Part shown: positions 27,939 to 40,390 of the stretch, piece after piece
How positions within the stretch are numbered: position 1 is the stretch's first letter
Layout: each line of letters starts with the position of its first letter
Assembly: GCF_018977255.1 (NCBI RefSeq)
Contig: NW_024704743.1
Span: 92,382,001 to 92,446,000, forward strand
Length of the DNA: 64,000 nucleotides
Reading direction: 5' to 3'
Origin: Callorhinchus milii
Taxonomy: Eukaryota
The notes under the pieces: generated by a model
What the model was told of the DNA's origin: nothing
Database searches by the model: none
Seen by the model: only the letters and a program-made list of their open reading frames with translations
Made by a program: the position numbers and the translations under genes

Positions 27939-29552
27939 TGGAAATGGATAAAGACCTGAAGAAAAGTAATATTAAAGGATAGAATTCTGGGAAAGGGATT
28001 AGAATAGCTAAACTTGTTAGAATAAACTCGTTCAATTTACACTGAATTCAGATGTTGATTTCTCTTGAAGAACTGCAGAAAGCGGTGTTCCAATTTAAGA
28101 CTTAATTCATGAATTTTCTACAATTTTGCAAAATCTCAAATTTGAAGGCAAAACCGTCCAACAGTCTAAAACTGGGTAGAATTTTGGGCCTTACATATTT
28201 CTATTGTGGATGTACTAATGAATAATTAGAGTAGATTCTCAGCCAACTTTACTGAAATCATTTCACACTGCAGCTATTCAGCTGCCTGTGGTGCTTTTGA
28301 ACCTACATGAATCCTAGTGTTTGAATGTTGGTTCGCAGAATAGTACCTTAGCACAACATTTAAAATTGAGTTAAACTGGTTTTCTGTAACAGTCCAAAAC
28401 TGCGCTCGCATGGCTGGCTTCAGTCTTAACCATTCTCCTACAAATTACACAGTCACTTCACTGTAAATTGTGTGAAGAGCTGTGAACTGCCCACCTGACG
28501 TGAAAAATACTATACTAAATACAAGGAATATTTCGTGAAATTCACATAAGTTGTATGAGTCGGGAGCGTAACATTTAATATGGCTTACGCAAAGTATGAG
28601 TTACAGGCAAACTGATCTGATTTAATCAATAATCTACACAGCACATGCATACTTCAATGCAGTCAGTAAGTTTGCATGCGGCGACGGGTCAGGACTTTGT
28701 TTCCCATATTTGTTTCAAACGGAACACTTGCGCATGCGTACTTCACGCAGCCAGTAAGTGCAGTAGCGGGTTTACAAGTTAGGAGATGATTTGCTTTATA
28801 AAATATGACTAGTGGAAAGAAATCTAAATTTGTTTTGGTAGGAAACTGAATGGAACTTGGGTGCATGTATACTTAGGCAATTATACGATTTGTAAAGATA
28901 AGACTTATGTGAGTTTTACTGTATTGTGCTGGCTGCAAGAGATGAGGTGAGGTCCCACCATCAAATCAATTGATGTCTTTATTATTGATGGGAAGGAATT
29001 TTTAATGAAGGGTTAACTAACATGTCACGAGTTGCAATTTTTACTCTATTTTGCTGCAATAAACATTTTTACAATTTTGGGCTGTAAAATACTACTCAAA
29101 ATCTATTTGGATTAAGTTTCTAGTGGGCACCAGAAAACAGGTGAAAAGTTAAAATAAGTTGCCATCTATCTTTATTTTATTATACTAATAAAAGGACAAT
29201 GTCTGTGGGTGCATATATATCAGCCAAGATCTCAATAACTGATTGATGTAAAGACATAATGTATACCTCATTGGAAAGGTCTTGCAACTGGGAGTGTCAT
29301 GGGCATATTTATGAACTATGACCTAAACAAGTTAATTGCAAATATAATTGCAAATATATGGCAGTTTTGCGTTTTGCATTGCAGTTACACCTGGTGGCTG
29401 CTCCAACTCCCTGTAATGCTGTGGCATCACGTGTCACAGAGCACGTACGTACATATGCACACAAGCAGCACGCACACACTCAGACAAAGCCAAGCAGTGA
29501 GCAGTGAGCAAGATAAACAACAACAACAACAACAGTGGGAACAATATAAATA

Positions 29553-29609
29553 ACAACAAAAACAAAATTACATTTGTAAAGCTCCTTTCACGTTGGGAGG
29601 ACATCCCAA
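29553..29609 (-). mobile_element. L2 tail stub nested in the Helitron 5' region
   Basis: acaacaaaaacaaaattacatttgtaaagctcctttcacgttgggaggacatccca. Confidence 0.75.
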
Positions 29610-29853
29610 TGAATATAAATTATAAATTTATATTATCATTATAAAGATGCCTAAGCGAAGATCAAGCCTTTCAAGGATAAATAAAAATGTTAGACAAGAG
29701 AGAAGAGGCCGATTAAACGAAGCTGAAAAAAAAGGAACTCCATACTGGACTTCAATGCTGAAAGGACTGCAAGAGCGCAGCAAAACGAGTTTCCATTCAA
29801 AGAACAGTATGGCTGGATTTCGACGCAGAAAGGCATGCAAGAACATGGCAAAA

Positions 29854-30165
29854 TGGAGTCCTGTAGCTCAGTGGTTAGAGCACTCGCTTTGCAAGTGAGA
29901 GATCTGAGTTCAATTCCAGGCAGGGCGAAACCTTGGGCAAGTTTCCTTACTCCACACGCCTAATAACAATCCCTCCAAAAAAACAAAAACAATAATAAAT
30001 TGGTCATTTTCAATCTACGACTGTTTGTTGGACATTGCTGTGCGCAATTGGCTGCCGCGTTCGCCTACAAATATACAGTCAATTCACTCTACGGTGTGTT
30101 CTGTGAAGCGCTTTGCGATGTCCTCCCGACGTGAAAATCGCTATATCAAAAGCAAGGATAATTTT
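29854..30165 (+). mobile_element. Young tRNA(Ala-TGC)-derived SINE nested in the Helitron
   Basis: A box tagctcagtgg, loop ctttgcaa, B box gagttcaattcc; body gctgtgcgcaattggctgccgcg; L2-like hairpin tail. Confidence 0.92.
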
Positions 30166-31456
30166 TTTTTTAAAAAAGATATTAAAAAAAATGATGCCCA
30201 GCAGCAGAGGTCACTCCATTTAGCTGCATTCAACTTGATCCAAGCAGAGACTATGAATCAGATGGGATCCATTATATTGTAAAATGTCAAACGTGTGTGC
30301 CCACTGTGAAGCCATAAGATGGGCAAAATAAGTTCCTTCCATGTGTTGCTTGCTTGGCAAGGTGAAACCAGAGTGAATGAAAGAGCCACCTGAATCAGAA
30401 AAGTCCAGAAGCCTAGAAAAGTCTGTTGGATGTCAGATCAAGTGATTCTAAGCATTTTCTAGCAAACCTTAAAATACAACTTGTGCTTCCAGGTGATCTC
30501 TTTTGGCACAACTAGATAAACTAAAGAGCCAGACCACATGCCAACATTTAAAATGCAAGCCCAAGTGTATCAATTATTGGGATCTCTAAATGCTTTGCCC
30601 AATGAGCCGCCAAAATTCTTACAGATCTACTTCATGACGAAGAACAAGCTATTCAGCGTGGAAGCAATGTTCGGTGGTTGAACAAAGCCCTGATACTATA
30701 TCTGCAAGACATGCTTCACAACGGTAACACACACGTCAGGAGCTTCAAATCCAGAATGGAAAGAATGAATGCAGAAGAATATAGAATAATCATCCATGCT
30801 GACAAGACCTGCTGGCCAGCATGAGCAATGGTACAATGCACCAACTATTGGCGAAGTAGTCATCCTGATTATGGGTGAAGAATATAGAAATCGGGACATT
30901 GTGTCACAACAACGTGACAACAAATTCAAATGAGTGTGTGAGACTAACAGAGCATAAGATGCCCTCCAGTACCCAATCTTATTCCCACATGGTGAAGTGG
31001 CTACCATTTACAGATATGGCAAACAAATTCCAGCACTGGATAGTCAAGGCCTGACAAAAGGGTGTCTGCTATGGCTCTTTATGTGCATAGGTTGATGCAA
31101 CGCGAAGGCGATTATAACATTCTTCTGTGTACAAAAGACCTCTGCCACCAATTCATCACAGACATGTATGCCAAGATCGAAGCAGAGACTCCTTTTTTTC
31201 TGCTTGAACCAGAAGAAACTCAGGGCTGAGGAGTACATTCACTTGTGGGATGCACTTATAAACAATGGTGACACCAGCAACGTAGGTCAACTGGTCATCT
31301 TGCCATCCAGTTTCACAAGGAGGTCACGGTTTATGCACAAAAGAACCCAGGATGCATTGTGCTATGTGCGAGCGTATGGTCGACCTGACCTGTTCATCAC
31401 ATTCACCTGTAACCGTAATTGGGAGAAGATCAAGCAGGAACTATTTCCAGGTGTTA

Positions 31457-31696
31457 CAGGTGTGGTCTCACCAGGGCCCTATACAGTTGCAGCAAGACTT
31501 CCCTACTCTTATACTCTAATCCTTTCATAATGAACGCTAACATACCGTTCGCCTTCCTAATTGCTGCTGCACCTGCAGACTAACTTTCTGTGATTGGTGT
31601 ACAAGGACACCCAAGTCCCTCTGGACGCTAACACATTCCAATCTCTTCCCTTCTAAAAAATAACCCGCTCTAAAGTTTTGCTACCTAGTTGGATGA
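31457..31696 (-). mobile_element. Internal CR1 fragment nested in Helitron Rep
   Basis: Homologous to the CR1 at about 44265-44505; interrupts ELFPG/QKSQD. Confidence 0.8.
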
Positions 31697-32440
31697 TTGC
31701 CTGGACAGAAGTCACAGGACCACCAGGGTTTTCCAATTCAAAGTGCTTAAACTGATGGAGTTTATCACCAAAAATAATTTATTTGGCAAGGTCTGTTGTT
31801 ACCTCTACACCATTGAGTGCCAAAAGCATGGTCTTTCCATGCACACATTCTTCTGTGGCTCATCGAGAAAATACGGCCTAACAAAATCGACAATGCCATC
31901 TCTGCAGAATTGCCAAACCCAGACCGAGACCCTGTGCTCTTTGAAATCATAAAAATCAAAGAAACACATGATTCATGACCCATGTGGACAATTAAACAGA
32001 AAATCTCCCTGCATGAAAGATGGTTCCTGCTCAAACCAATTTCCAAGGAGCTTGGTACAGGAGACCCAAACAGGTCATGGTGGTATCCTGTGTACAGGCA
32101 GAGGTCAACTGGATGTGGTGGATTCCATAGAGTACTGACAAACAACAAACAGCAGGTGGAAGTGGACAACCGTTGGGTTCTCCCACACAATCCCTAACTT
32201 CAACGCTCACATCAATGTCGAGTTTTGCAATTCTGTTAAGAGCATCAATTATATGCAAATATGTGAACAAGGGATGCAACATAGCTGTGTTTAGGCTCAA
32301 GAGGGACGAAGGCTGAAGAGACAAGCTAACATACTACCAGATGGGCCGATATATGAGCACCAATGAAGCAATCTGGAGAACTTCGGGCTTCCACATACAT
32401 GATCGACATCCAGTGGTCCAACCTTCAGGTGCATCTTGAA

Positions 32441-33995
32441 AACAACAACAAACAACAACAACATTACATTTGTATAGCGCCTTTCATGTCGGGAGGACGT
32501 CCCAAGCTGCTGGACAGACAGAGTTATGGACCTGAGCTGAGGGTCGGGGTGGGGGAATGGGGAGGGCAGGGGGGAAACAAGGAGATCAAAAGCATGGTCA
32601 CAGAGAAGGTTTTTGAGGTGGGTCTTGAAGATGGCGAGGGAGAGGACGAGATGGAGGGACTGCGGGATGGAGTTCCAGAGAGTAGGTGCAGAGTGGCGGA
32701 AGGCCCGCCCGCCGATAGTGAGACAAGCAAGGCGGGGAACGTGAAGCAGGCCGGAGCCTGCTGAGCGGAGGGAGCAAACAGGGTGGTAGGGGTTTAGGAG
32801 GTCGGAGAGGTAGGGGGGAGCAAGACCATGGAGGGCTTTGAAGGTGAAGACCGGGATCTTGAACTGTATCCTCTGTGTGATGGGAAGCCAGTGGAGTTAG
32901 GCAAGGATGGAGGTGATAGGGTCATGGTGTTCAGTGCGGGAGAGGACATGGGCTGCAGGGTTTGGATGATCTGCAGCCTGTGGAGGGAGGCGTAGTGGAA
33001 GGGGACAAGCAGTGAGTTTGCAATCGAACCTCGATATAATGAAGGCGTGTGTGAGGGTTTTGGCGGCCTGTGGTGTGAGACAGTGTCGGATCCAAGCAAC
33101 GTTGTGGAGGTGGGGGAAGGCAGAGCAGGTTATGGCGCAGATGTGGGGTAGCAAGGATAGTTGAGGGTCAAACAAGACCCCAAGGTTCTGGACTGGCTTA
33201 GCAAGGTGGAATGTGCAACCCTGGATGGTGGTGCTGTCAGCGGCTGAGGTGAGGAGGCGCTGACGGGAGCCAATCAGGAAAGCCTCAATCTTGTTGATGT
33301 TCAACTGAAGAAAGTTAGCTCTCATCCAGGACTTGATGTGGAAGTTCACCCCATGTCTGCAGATGATGTCACCAAGAGGGAGCATATAGATATTGAAGAC
33401 GACTGGACCAAGGACAGAGCCCTGAGGAACGCCGCACGATACGGTCCGGGGGCTAGAGGAGAAACTGTTTGAGGAGATGAAGTGCAGGGGGTGTGAGAGG
33501 TACGATCCGAACTAATCAAATACATGCTGTGGAGGTTGAGGTGAGAGGAGAGGCGGCGGATAAGGATAGAGTGGTCGACGGTGTCGAAAGCAACAGAGAG
33601 GCCAAGGAGGACGAGGAAGCAGAGAGAGCTGTGGTCGCAGACGGACAGAATGTCATTTGTCACTCTGACCAGGATGGTTTCTGTGCTGTGGGCGGCACGG
33701 AAACCCGATTGAAGGGGTTCGAGAAGGGAGTGGCTGGAGAGGAAAGAGCGAAGCTGAGAAGCAACTCATTCCAGGACCTTGGAGAGGAAGGGGAGATTGC
33801 AGATGGGGCAGTAGTTAGGGAATAGAGAAGGATCCAGGGAGGGTTTTTTAAGGATAGAAGTGATGACAGTTTTTTAAAGGGGCAGGAACAGTACCAGAGA
33901 ACAGGGAGAGGTTAACGATGTCAGTGAATAGAGGGGAAAGGAGGTGGAGCTAGGAGGTAAGGAGGCGCGTAGGGATGGGGTCGATGGAGCAGGTG
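32441..33995 (-). mobile_element. L2 LINE, 5'-truncated, nested in the Helitron
   Basis: LSVAFDTVDHSIL and [21 protein letters not shown]; (AAC)n tail; splits VHLEN/..FTE of RepHel. Confidence 0.93.
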
Positions 33996-36237
33996 TTTTT
34001 TTTACAGAGGCAGATATTCGGGAATGTTCACTTGAACCTCCCAAAACTGCACTAACTGCATTCTTCGAAATATGTCAAAATAATTAGTTGGCAAGAATAA
34101 TTCTCTACCGTGAGGTCCCAAAGTATTTTACATGGAACTCCCAGACCAAGAAGTGGAAGAGAAGAGTTTGAGGTACTCCTGTTGAAGGCTATCCCCATGT
34201 CAAGTCCAGGCCAGCGCTCGGCAGGGTATACACATTGCATTCAAACAACTTTGATTGCTACTTCCTAAGGCTTTTGGTGCACACTGTGAGAGGTCCAAGA
34301 AGCTATAAGGATCTTAAAACAGTTGCTGACAACACCTGCGCTATGTTCCGAGAAGCATGCCACTGCCGGGATCTCCTAGAAGACGATGCCCACTAGAATC
34401 AAGCGTTAGAAGAAGCAACTGCGGCATGGTCTATTTTCAGACTGAGGGATTTGTTTGCCGTCATGCTGCATACCTGTGGTCTATCTAATCCAAGACAGCT
34501 GTGGAATAAGCACAAGATAGCATGTCAGAAGACGTTTTCCATCAGCTACGCAGTGCAAATGCACAAACTGAGTTGGACTACAATGATGAGATCTTCAACC
34601 AGGCCCTCATTCACTTAGATGACAAGCTAATGGCATTGTGGGGAAAGGCATTGCCACATTAAGGTCTGCCCTGTACTCACAGAACAGCACATGTCACCTT
34701 GGCAAGAGAAATTTTGTGGGAAATCAACTATAACCAAGATGAAATGCATCACTTGTCCAGGAGAGAGAATCGACCATGACAGAAGATCAAGCTGCATTGT
34801 ATCAGAATATCTTTCACAAAGTTGATCATGATGAAGGAGGCATTATCTTTCTTGATGCACCAGGTACAGGAAAAACATACCTCATCAATCTCATCTTGGT
34901 CAAGATTCGGTCCAGGGGCCAAATTGTACTTACTGTTGCATTCTCTGATATTGTAGCAACTCTACTTACAGGTGGCAGAACAGCCCATTCTGCCTTCTAG
35001 CTGCCACTGGACCTTTCTCATACAGAGGGTCCAGTGTGCAATATCAAGAAGGTTACAGCTGTAGCCACATTGATCAAGGATTGTAAAAGCATTGTATGGG
35101 ATGAATGCACCATGTTGAACAAACCTCTGGACAGGACATTTCAGGATATCAGGGCAAACATCCAGATGATGGGAGGGATGACACTTATTTTGTCGGGAGA
35201 CTTCCGCGAAACACTACCTGTCATACAACTTGGTACCTATGCTGATAAACTGAATGCTAGTGTTAAAGCTTCAGGTTGTGGGCATGTGTGGAGAAGCTGA
35301 ACCTCAGGACAAACATGAGTCCATCCTCATGGCTGTTCTGCAGCTATGCAATGGTACATGGTTGGTGGTAAAGCACTTGATGCCACATGTTATAGAAGCA
35401 ACTATTCTGACTGGTCAGTTCAAAGGGGACGATGTATTCATTCCTTGCAACCCACTGATCCCAAGTGACTACCCATTTGAGTTCAAAAGGCTCCAAATTC
35501 CCTGTTCAAATGAACTTTGTTATGTCAATTAACAAGGCACTGAGGCAGAGCTTAAATGTTGCTGGCCTTTTCTTGAATACACCGTGCTTTTCCCATGGAC
35601 AATTTTATGTTAGATGCTCACATATAGGTTCATCTCAAAACCTGTACATCATGGCTGAAGGAGGAAAAACTGCAAATGTTGTCTACATGGAAGCCTTGTA
35701 ATAACTCAAGGACCTGCCAGATCACACAGTGAACGCCTTTGGTTAACATAGCTTTGATAGGATCTTCTATTGTTGATGAGCTATGACCAAATAAACTCAT
35801 CACAGTTTTCCTTAAGGTGTACACACAGTGTTTATGTGGTAGATTAAATGATTTGTGAGAGCTATTACTGAAATCTACATTCCATATTAGATCCTTTGTT
35901 TACAAGCATAGCTGCAAGGGATACAGCTAGTTTTCTATAATGCGCTATTTATCGTCCTTTTGTTTCCATGGATCCATACTGTGTACTGTAATGTGCTTGG
36001 ACTGGGTGCTGGGTTGGAGGCCGGCAGAGTTAGTGGGTGGAGTGTTCTGTACTGCTCTCCTGTTGGTAAATTCATGACCCATGACCTTGGAGTGAGGTCA
36101 GCTGAAGCTGGGATGCAGGAATTTGGTGGGGTCTCACTCCTGCTGTTCAGGAGATGGAGGCAAGTGCCAAAGAACAGCAGCACAAAGAGGCTCCAGGAGT
36201 TCAATCAAACCTCCGGATGGCAACCTACAATAGGTGT

Positions 36238-36305
36238 AGGGTAGTCTAACCTTTTGGCTGCCGAGGGCCAGATACCCTATTTGAGAAAGGTCTGGGGGCC
36301 ACATA
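36238..36305 (+). mobile_element. Possible hAT-type MITE terminus
   Basis: agggtagtctaaccttttggctgccgagggcca resembles hAT/Charlie ends. An adjacent tggcaaccta (36218-36227) resembles another hAT TIR. No partner TIR was found. Confidence 0.3.
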
Positions 36306-36349
36306 AGCAATATTTTGTGTTTCCCTTCCAGAACATAACAACATTTACA

Positions 36350-38636
36350 TCCTCTAAACTCCTCTCCCTCTGACCCCTCTTCTCCTCTCTCCCTCCTCCA
36401 CAATACCCTCTCCTCCACACTCGATACTCTTGCCCCCATCACTTCCCGCACTGTCTCCTACTCCCGCTCCTCCCCCTGGTACACCACCCACCTCCGCTCA
36501 CTGAAAAGCCAGGTGCGGGCTGCTGAACGCACCTGTGTCAAATCTGGCCTAACGGTCCACCGACAAATCTGGCTGGACCTCCTCAAAATTTACCGCTCCA
36601 CTCTAGCCTCGGCCAAGTCGTCCTTCTACTCCAGGATAATCCTGGAGGCGAAGAACAACCCCAGGCTACTGTTTTCCACCACAACCCGACTCCTCCGTCC
36701 CCCCCGCCACCCCGCGCAGGTCATCTCCTCCAACCTTCACTGCGAGGAGATGCTGGATTTCCTTGAATCCAAGATCAAGGGAATCCGCTCCGCGGTCACT
36801 TCCCCTCCAACTTCCACCCACCCCTTCCCTCCCACACTCCGACTCCTACCCATCCTCCCCTACACACCTTCGTACCCGTTTCCCCACCCTCTGTCACTGA
36901 ACTCATCCTATCCCTAAAACCAACCACCTGCTCCCTTGACCCCATCCCCACTCCACTCCTTATCTCCCAGCTCCACTTTCTTGCCCCACATATCACTGAC
37001 ATCATCAACCTGTCCCTCTCCTCTGGCTCTGTCCCCATTCCATTAAAAACTGCCATCATCACGCCCACCCTGAAAAAACCCTCCCTTGATGCGTCGCAGC
37101 TATCAAGCTACCGGCCCATCTCCAACCTCCCCTTTCTCTCCAAGGTCTTGGAAAGAGTTGTCGCCTCCCAACTGCGCTCTTTCCTTTCCACCCATTCTCT
37201 TTTTGAACCCCTTCAGTCAGGTTTCCGTGCTGCCCATAGCACAGAAACTGCCCTGGTCAAGGTCACCAATGATATCCTGACCATCTGTGACCAGGGCTCC
37301 CTCTGTCTCCTCGTCCTCCTCGACCTATCGGCAGCATTCGATACGGTCGACCACGCTATCCTACTCCACCGCTTGTCCTCCCACCTCAACCTTCAAGGCA
37401 CTGTCCTTGAATGGTTTAGGTCGTACCTTTCTCACCGTCTTCACTTTGTCTCAACGAATGGCTTCTCCTCCACCCCCCGTACTGTCTCATGTGGTGTCCC
37501 TCAGGGCTCTGTCCTCGGTCCCCTCCTCTTCACCCTCTATATGCTCCCCCTCGGTGACATCATCCGCAGACATGGAGTTAACTTCCACATGTATGCGGAT
37601 GACACCCAACTCTACCTTTCCTCCTCTACTCTCAACTCCACGACCACCGATGTCCTGACAGCCTGCCTGTCCGACATCGAGTCCTGGACGAGAGACAACT
37701 TTCTTCAGCTCAACGTGCGAAAAACCGAGGCCCTCCTGATTGGCTCACGTCAGCGCCTCCGCACCTCAGGCGCTGACACCATCAGCATCCAAGGCTGCAC
37801 TCTCCACCTCTCAAAGCCAGTCAGGAACCTCGGCGTTTTGTTCGACCCTGAGCTGTCCTTTCTCCCTCACATCCGCACCACAACTGGCACCGCCTTCCAT
37901 CACCTCCGGAACATCGCCAGACTACGGCACTACCTCACCCCTCACGCTGCTGAAACCCTGGTCCACGCCTTTGTCACCTCAAGGCTGGACTATGGGAACT
38001 CTCTCCTCGCCGGCCTTCCCGCCACCTCCCTCCACAAGCTGCAGGTCATTCAGAACTCTGCAGCTCGTGTACTGTCCCGCACCAGGCTTCGGGACCACAT
38101 CACTCCCACCCTCGCTCGCCTCCACTGGCTCCCCATCCCCCAGAGGATTGATTTCAAGATCCTCATCCTCACCTACAAGGCCATTCACGGCCTTGCTCCC
38201 TCCTACCTCTCCAACCTACTATCCCCCTACCTACCTGCCCGTACCCTCCGTTCCTCTGGCTCCGGTCTGCTCCACGTCCCCCGCCCCAACCGCCCTACCA
38301 TCGGTGGTCGGGCCTTCAGCCTCTCAGCCCCCAGGCTCTGGAACTCCATCCCCCAGTGCCTTCGCCGCTTCCTCCCTTTCCTCCTTCAAGGCCGGTCTCA
38401 AAACCTTTCTCTTTGACCGTGCCTTCAGCTCCCCTCTCGACTCTCTTCCCCCTCCTCGCTCCCTCCCTTCCCTCCCCTCACCCTGACCATTTCCCCCCTC
38501 CTTGCTCCCTCCCTTCCCTCACCCTGACCATTTCCCCCCTGCTCGGGTCATGACCCAACTGTGCAGCGCCTTGGGACGTCCTCCTGACGTAAAAGGCGCT
38601 TTATAAATGGAATCTTGTTGTTGTTGTTGTTGTTTT
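36350..38636 (+). mobile_element. Youngest long L2 copy, 5'-truncated (no endonuclease)
   Basis: CpG-rich, long open RT frame, 3' UTR repeat, stem-loop and clean (GTT)n tail. Confidence 0.96.
37148..38416 (+). CDS. L2 ORF2 reverse transcriptase domain (partial; frame also open upstream through [20 protein letters not shown])
   Basis: 422-aa ORF with [51 protein letters not shown] and LHWLP. C-terminal frameshift near 38366 relative to the 60018 copy. Confidence 0.9.
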   Translation: MERVVASQLRSFLSTHSLFEPLQSGFRAAHSTETALVKVTNDILTICDQGSLCLLVLLDLSAAFDTVDHAILLHRLSSHLNLQGTVLEWFRSYLSHRLHFVSTNGFSSTPRTVSCGVPQGSVLGPLLFTLYMLPLGDIIRRHGVNFHMYADDTQLYLSSSTLNSTTTDVLTACLSDIESWTRDNFLQLNVRKTEALLIGSRQRLRTSGADTISIQGCTLHLSKPVRNLGVLFDPELSFLPHIRTTTGTAFHHLRNIARLRHYLTPHAAETLVHAFVTSRLDYGNSLLAGLPATSLHKLQVIQNSAARVLSRTRLRDHITPTLARLHWLPIPQRIDFKILILTYKAIHGLAPSYLSNLLSPYLPARTLRSSGSGLLHVPRPNRPTIGGRAFSLSAPRLWNSIPQCLRRFLPFLLQGRSQNLSL

Positions 38637-38639
38637 GTT

Positions 38640-38815
38640 TTTCTCTCCCCCTCTCGCTCATGCTCTCTCTCCCTCTATCACTCTCTCTCACGCACTCTCT
38701 CGCACATATTCTCTCTCCTTCTCCCACACACTATCTCTCTCAATTAGTGCATCTCACTCCCCTCCTCCCACACTCCCACACGCTCTCTTCCCTCTCACAC
38801 TCCACCTCTTCCTTT
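38640..38815. repeat. CT/CA-rich low-complexity tract
   Basis: Degenerate (CT)n/(CA)n sequence. Confidence 0.8.
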
Positions 38816-39984
38816 CATTGGTAATGCCAGGCTCCATCCCCTATAAAGCAATAATGAGATCTTCACAATGTTTCCTCCCCTCCACACCCCCACCACCCAG
38901 ATTGCCTGCCTCACATCTTTCTACCAGAACAGCTTTTTTCCACCTCCGCCACATTGCCCGCCTCCGTCTGTACGTAACAACTGACACACCGTAAACCCTC
39001 ATCTACACCTTTGTCACTTCCTGGCTGGATTATTAGTCAATAGTTGGTCATTTGAATTCTCACAAGTTTGAGTTTGAACCCTGACTAGGTAGATTCTGGA
39101 TACCAGGAACTTCTTGCGAGCTTCCTGGTGAGCAATATCACTCAGCATGAAATGCTTGAGAGCATTGCCACTACCTTCCTGTCTACAGCCCATGCACACA
39201 TCCCCATTGAGAGATGCTTCCAGCAGTTAGAGATGCAGAGTTTAAACAGCAGCAGTTTACCTCGCTAAAGAATGCCATTATCAAATCAATGTATTTTACC
39301 CTAATATACTGTAATGTTGCTTTACAATTGGTTCTAAATACATTTCTCAACATTCTTTACAATACACATTATGACTAGCACTCAACCAAGTAACAATCAC
39401 CCCCTAAAATGAATAATTTTAGTGCAAAGCTGATATCTCAGCACATAACTTACATTTTATATGCTTGAAAGCTGGCTTGCCTTTCATCAATTATGGCTAT
39501 GTTGTAAAATTATATGTTCTGTACTCGTTTTGAGCTACTGAAGTTTGATGAATATAAATTACCCTTTATGTGAGAGTTGCATGACAGGCTTCAGTCTATC
39601 ACACATCTGGGGTAAGTGAGTCATCCGGGCAGTCCAGTTTCTTTTCACTCATATGTCCTCTGTTTGCAAACGTCTCACTCTATACTCACAATAAGACAAA
39701 AAAGCTCATTAATTACAACTAAGGGTAGATGAGAAAAGAGTACATAAATATCAGAGGAAGCTCCCATTTCAAAATTCTTCCTCTCCTAGCCTAAAATAAG
39801 GTGAGCAAAAATATAGTGAACATATATAAGAAAATAATAATTTATTGGTGCCCGGGGTCTTGCCACACTGTTTTCATAATGTGGGGATCAAGAATTGAGC
39901 ATGTGTTCTATAGTCAACATGACACCGATGAGTGCATTGTGACAGATATGATGCATCCTTTGTGTTCCTGGTTAATGATATCTC

Positions 39985-40390
39985 ACCTTTGATGAGCAGA
40001 TTGTGGGTTCAATCCCCATGTTGGGAATTTGAGGTCATAGTATAGGCTGACAGTCTAGTACAGTCCTGGATTAGTGCTGCGCTCCCAGAGGCGCAATCTT
40101 TTGGATGAGTCATTAAATCAAGGTTCCATCTGCCTGCTTGGGTAGATGTTAAAGACCCAATGGCACTATTCAAAAAAAAAAGTTTCTCCCAATGCCCTGA
40201 CCAGAAATAACCCAGACAAAATTGATCATTTCCTTCATGGCTGTTTATGGTTCATTTATGTTTACAAATTGGCTGCCAACATTTGCCTATAATATACACA
40301 GTCATTATATCGTATATTAAATCATGTGAACTGCTTTGAAACATCCTTCTGATGTGAAACGTGCTAAATTAAATGCAAGGATTATTATTA
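39985..40390 (+). mobile_element. Old DeuSINE-like SINE
   Basis: B box gggttcaatccc, core ttggatgagtcattaaatcaagg..gttaaagacccaatggcactattc, tail gcaaggattattatt. Confidence 0.75.

Larger units (their letters stand above)
29647..35701 (+). pseudogene. Helitron RepHel pseudogene
   Basis: CAHCEA..W..MCC..GKV Zn-finger (about 30280-30365); DALQYPILFPHGE; YGRPDLFITFTCN; ECQKHGL/HAHILLWL (HUH); [69 protein letters not shown]. Many stops and frameshifts. Confidence 0.93.
29165..35930 (+). mobile_element. Helitron (Helitron1-type), degenerate formerly autonomous copy with nested insertions
   Basis: 5' end A|TCTATC..TATACTAATAAAAGG and 3' end ..TACAGCTAG|T fit the TC...CTRR-between-A-and-T rule. 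Rep and PIF1 helicase remnants lie between them. Confidence 0.9.

Noticed and set aside
29854..29925. tRNA-Ala(TGC)-like sequences (also at about 41630, 54400 and 61706)
   Set aside because: They are SINE heads: each continues into the same body and tail and lacks a proper acceptor stem.
34776..35701. Host PIF1 helicase gene
   Set aside because: Intronless, disrupted, colinear with Rep and inside Helitron termini.
37740..38486. 248-aa Pro/Ser-rich ORF, and Gly/Glu-rich antisense ORFs over L2 copies
   Set aside because: Alternative frames caused by the strong C/T strand bias of L2.
39092..39268. Open frame DSGYQELLASFLVSNITQHEMLES..
   Set aside because: Weak splice acceptor and unrecognised peptide; insufficient support.
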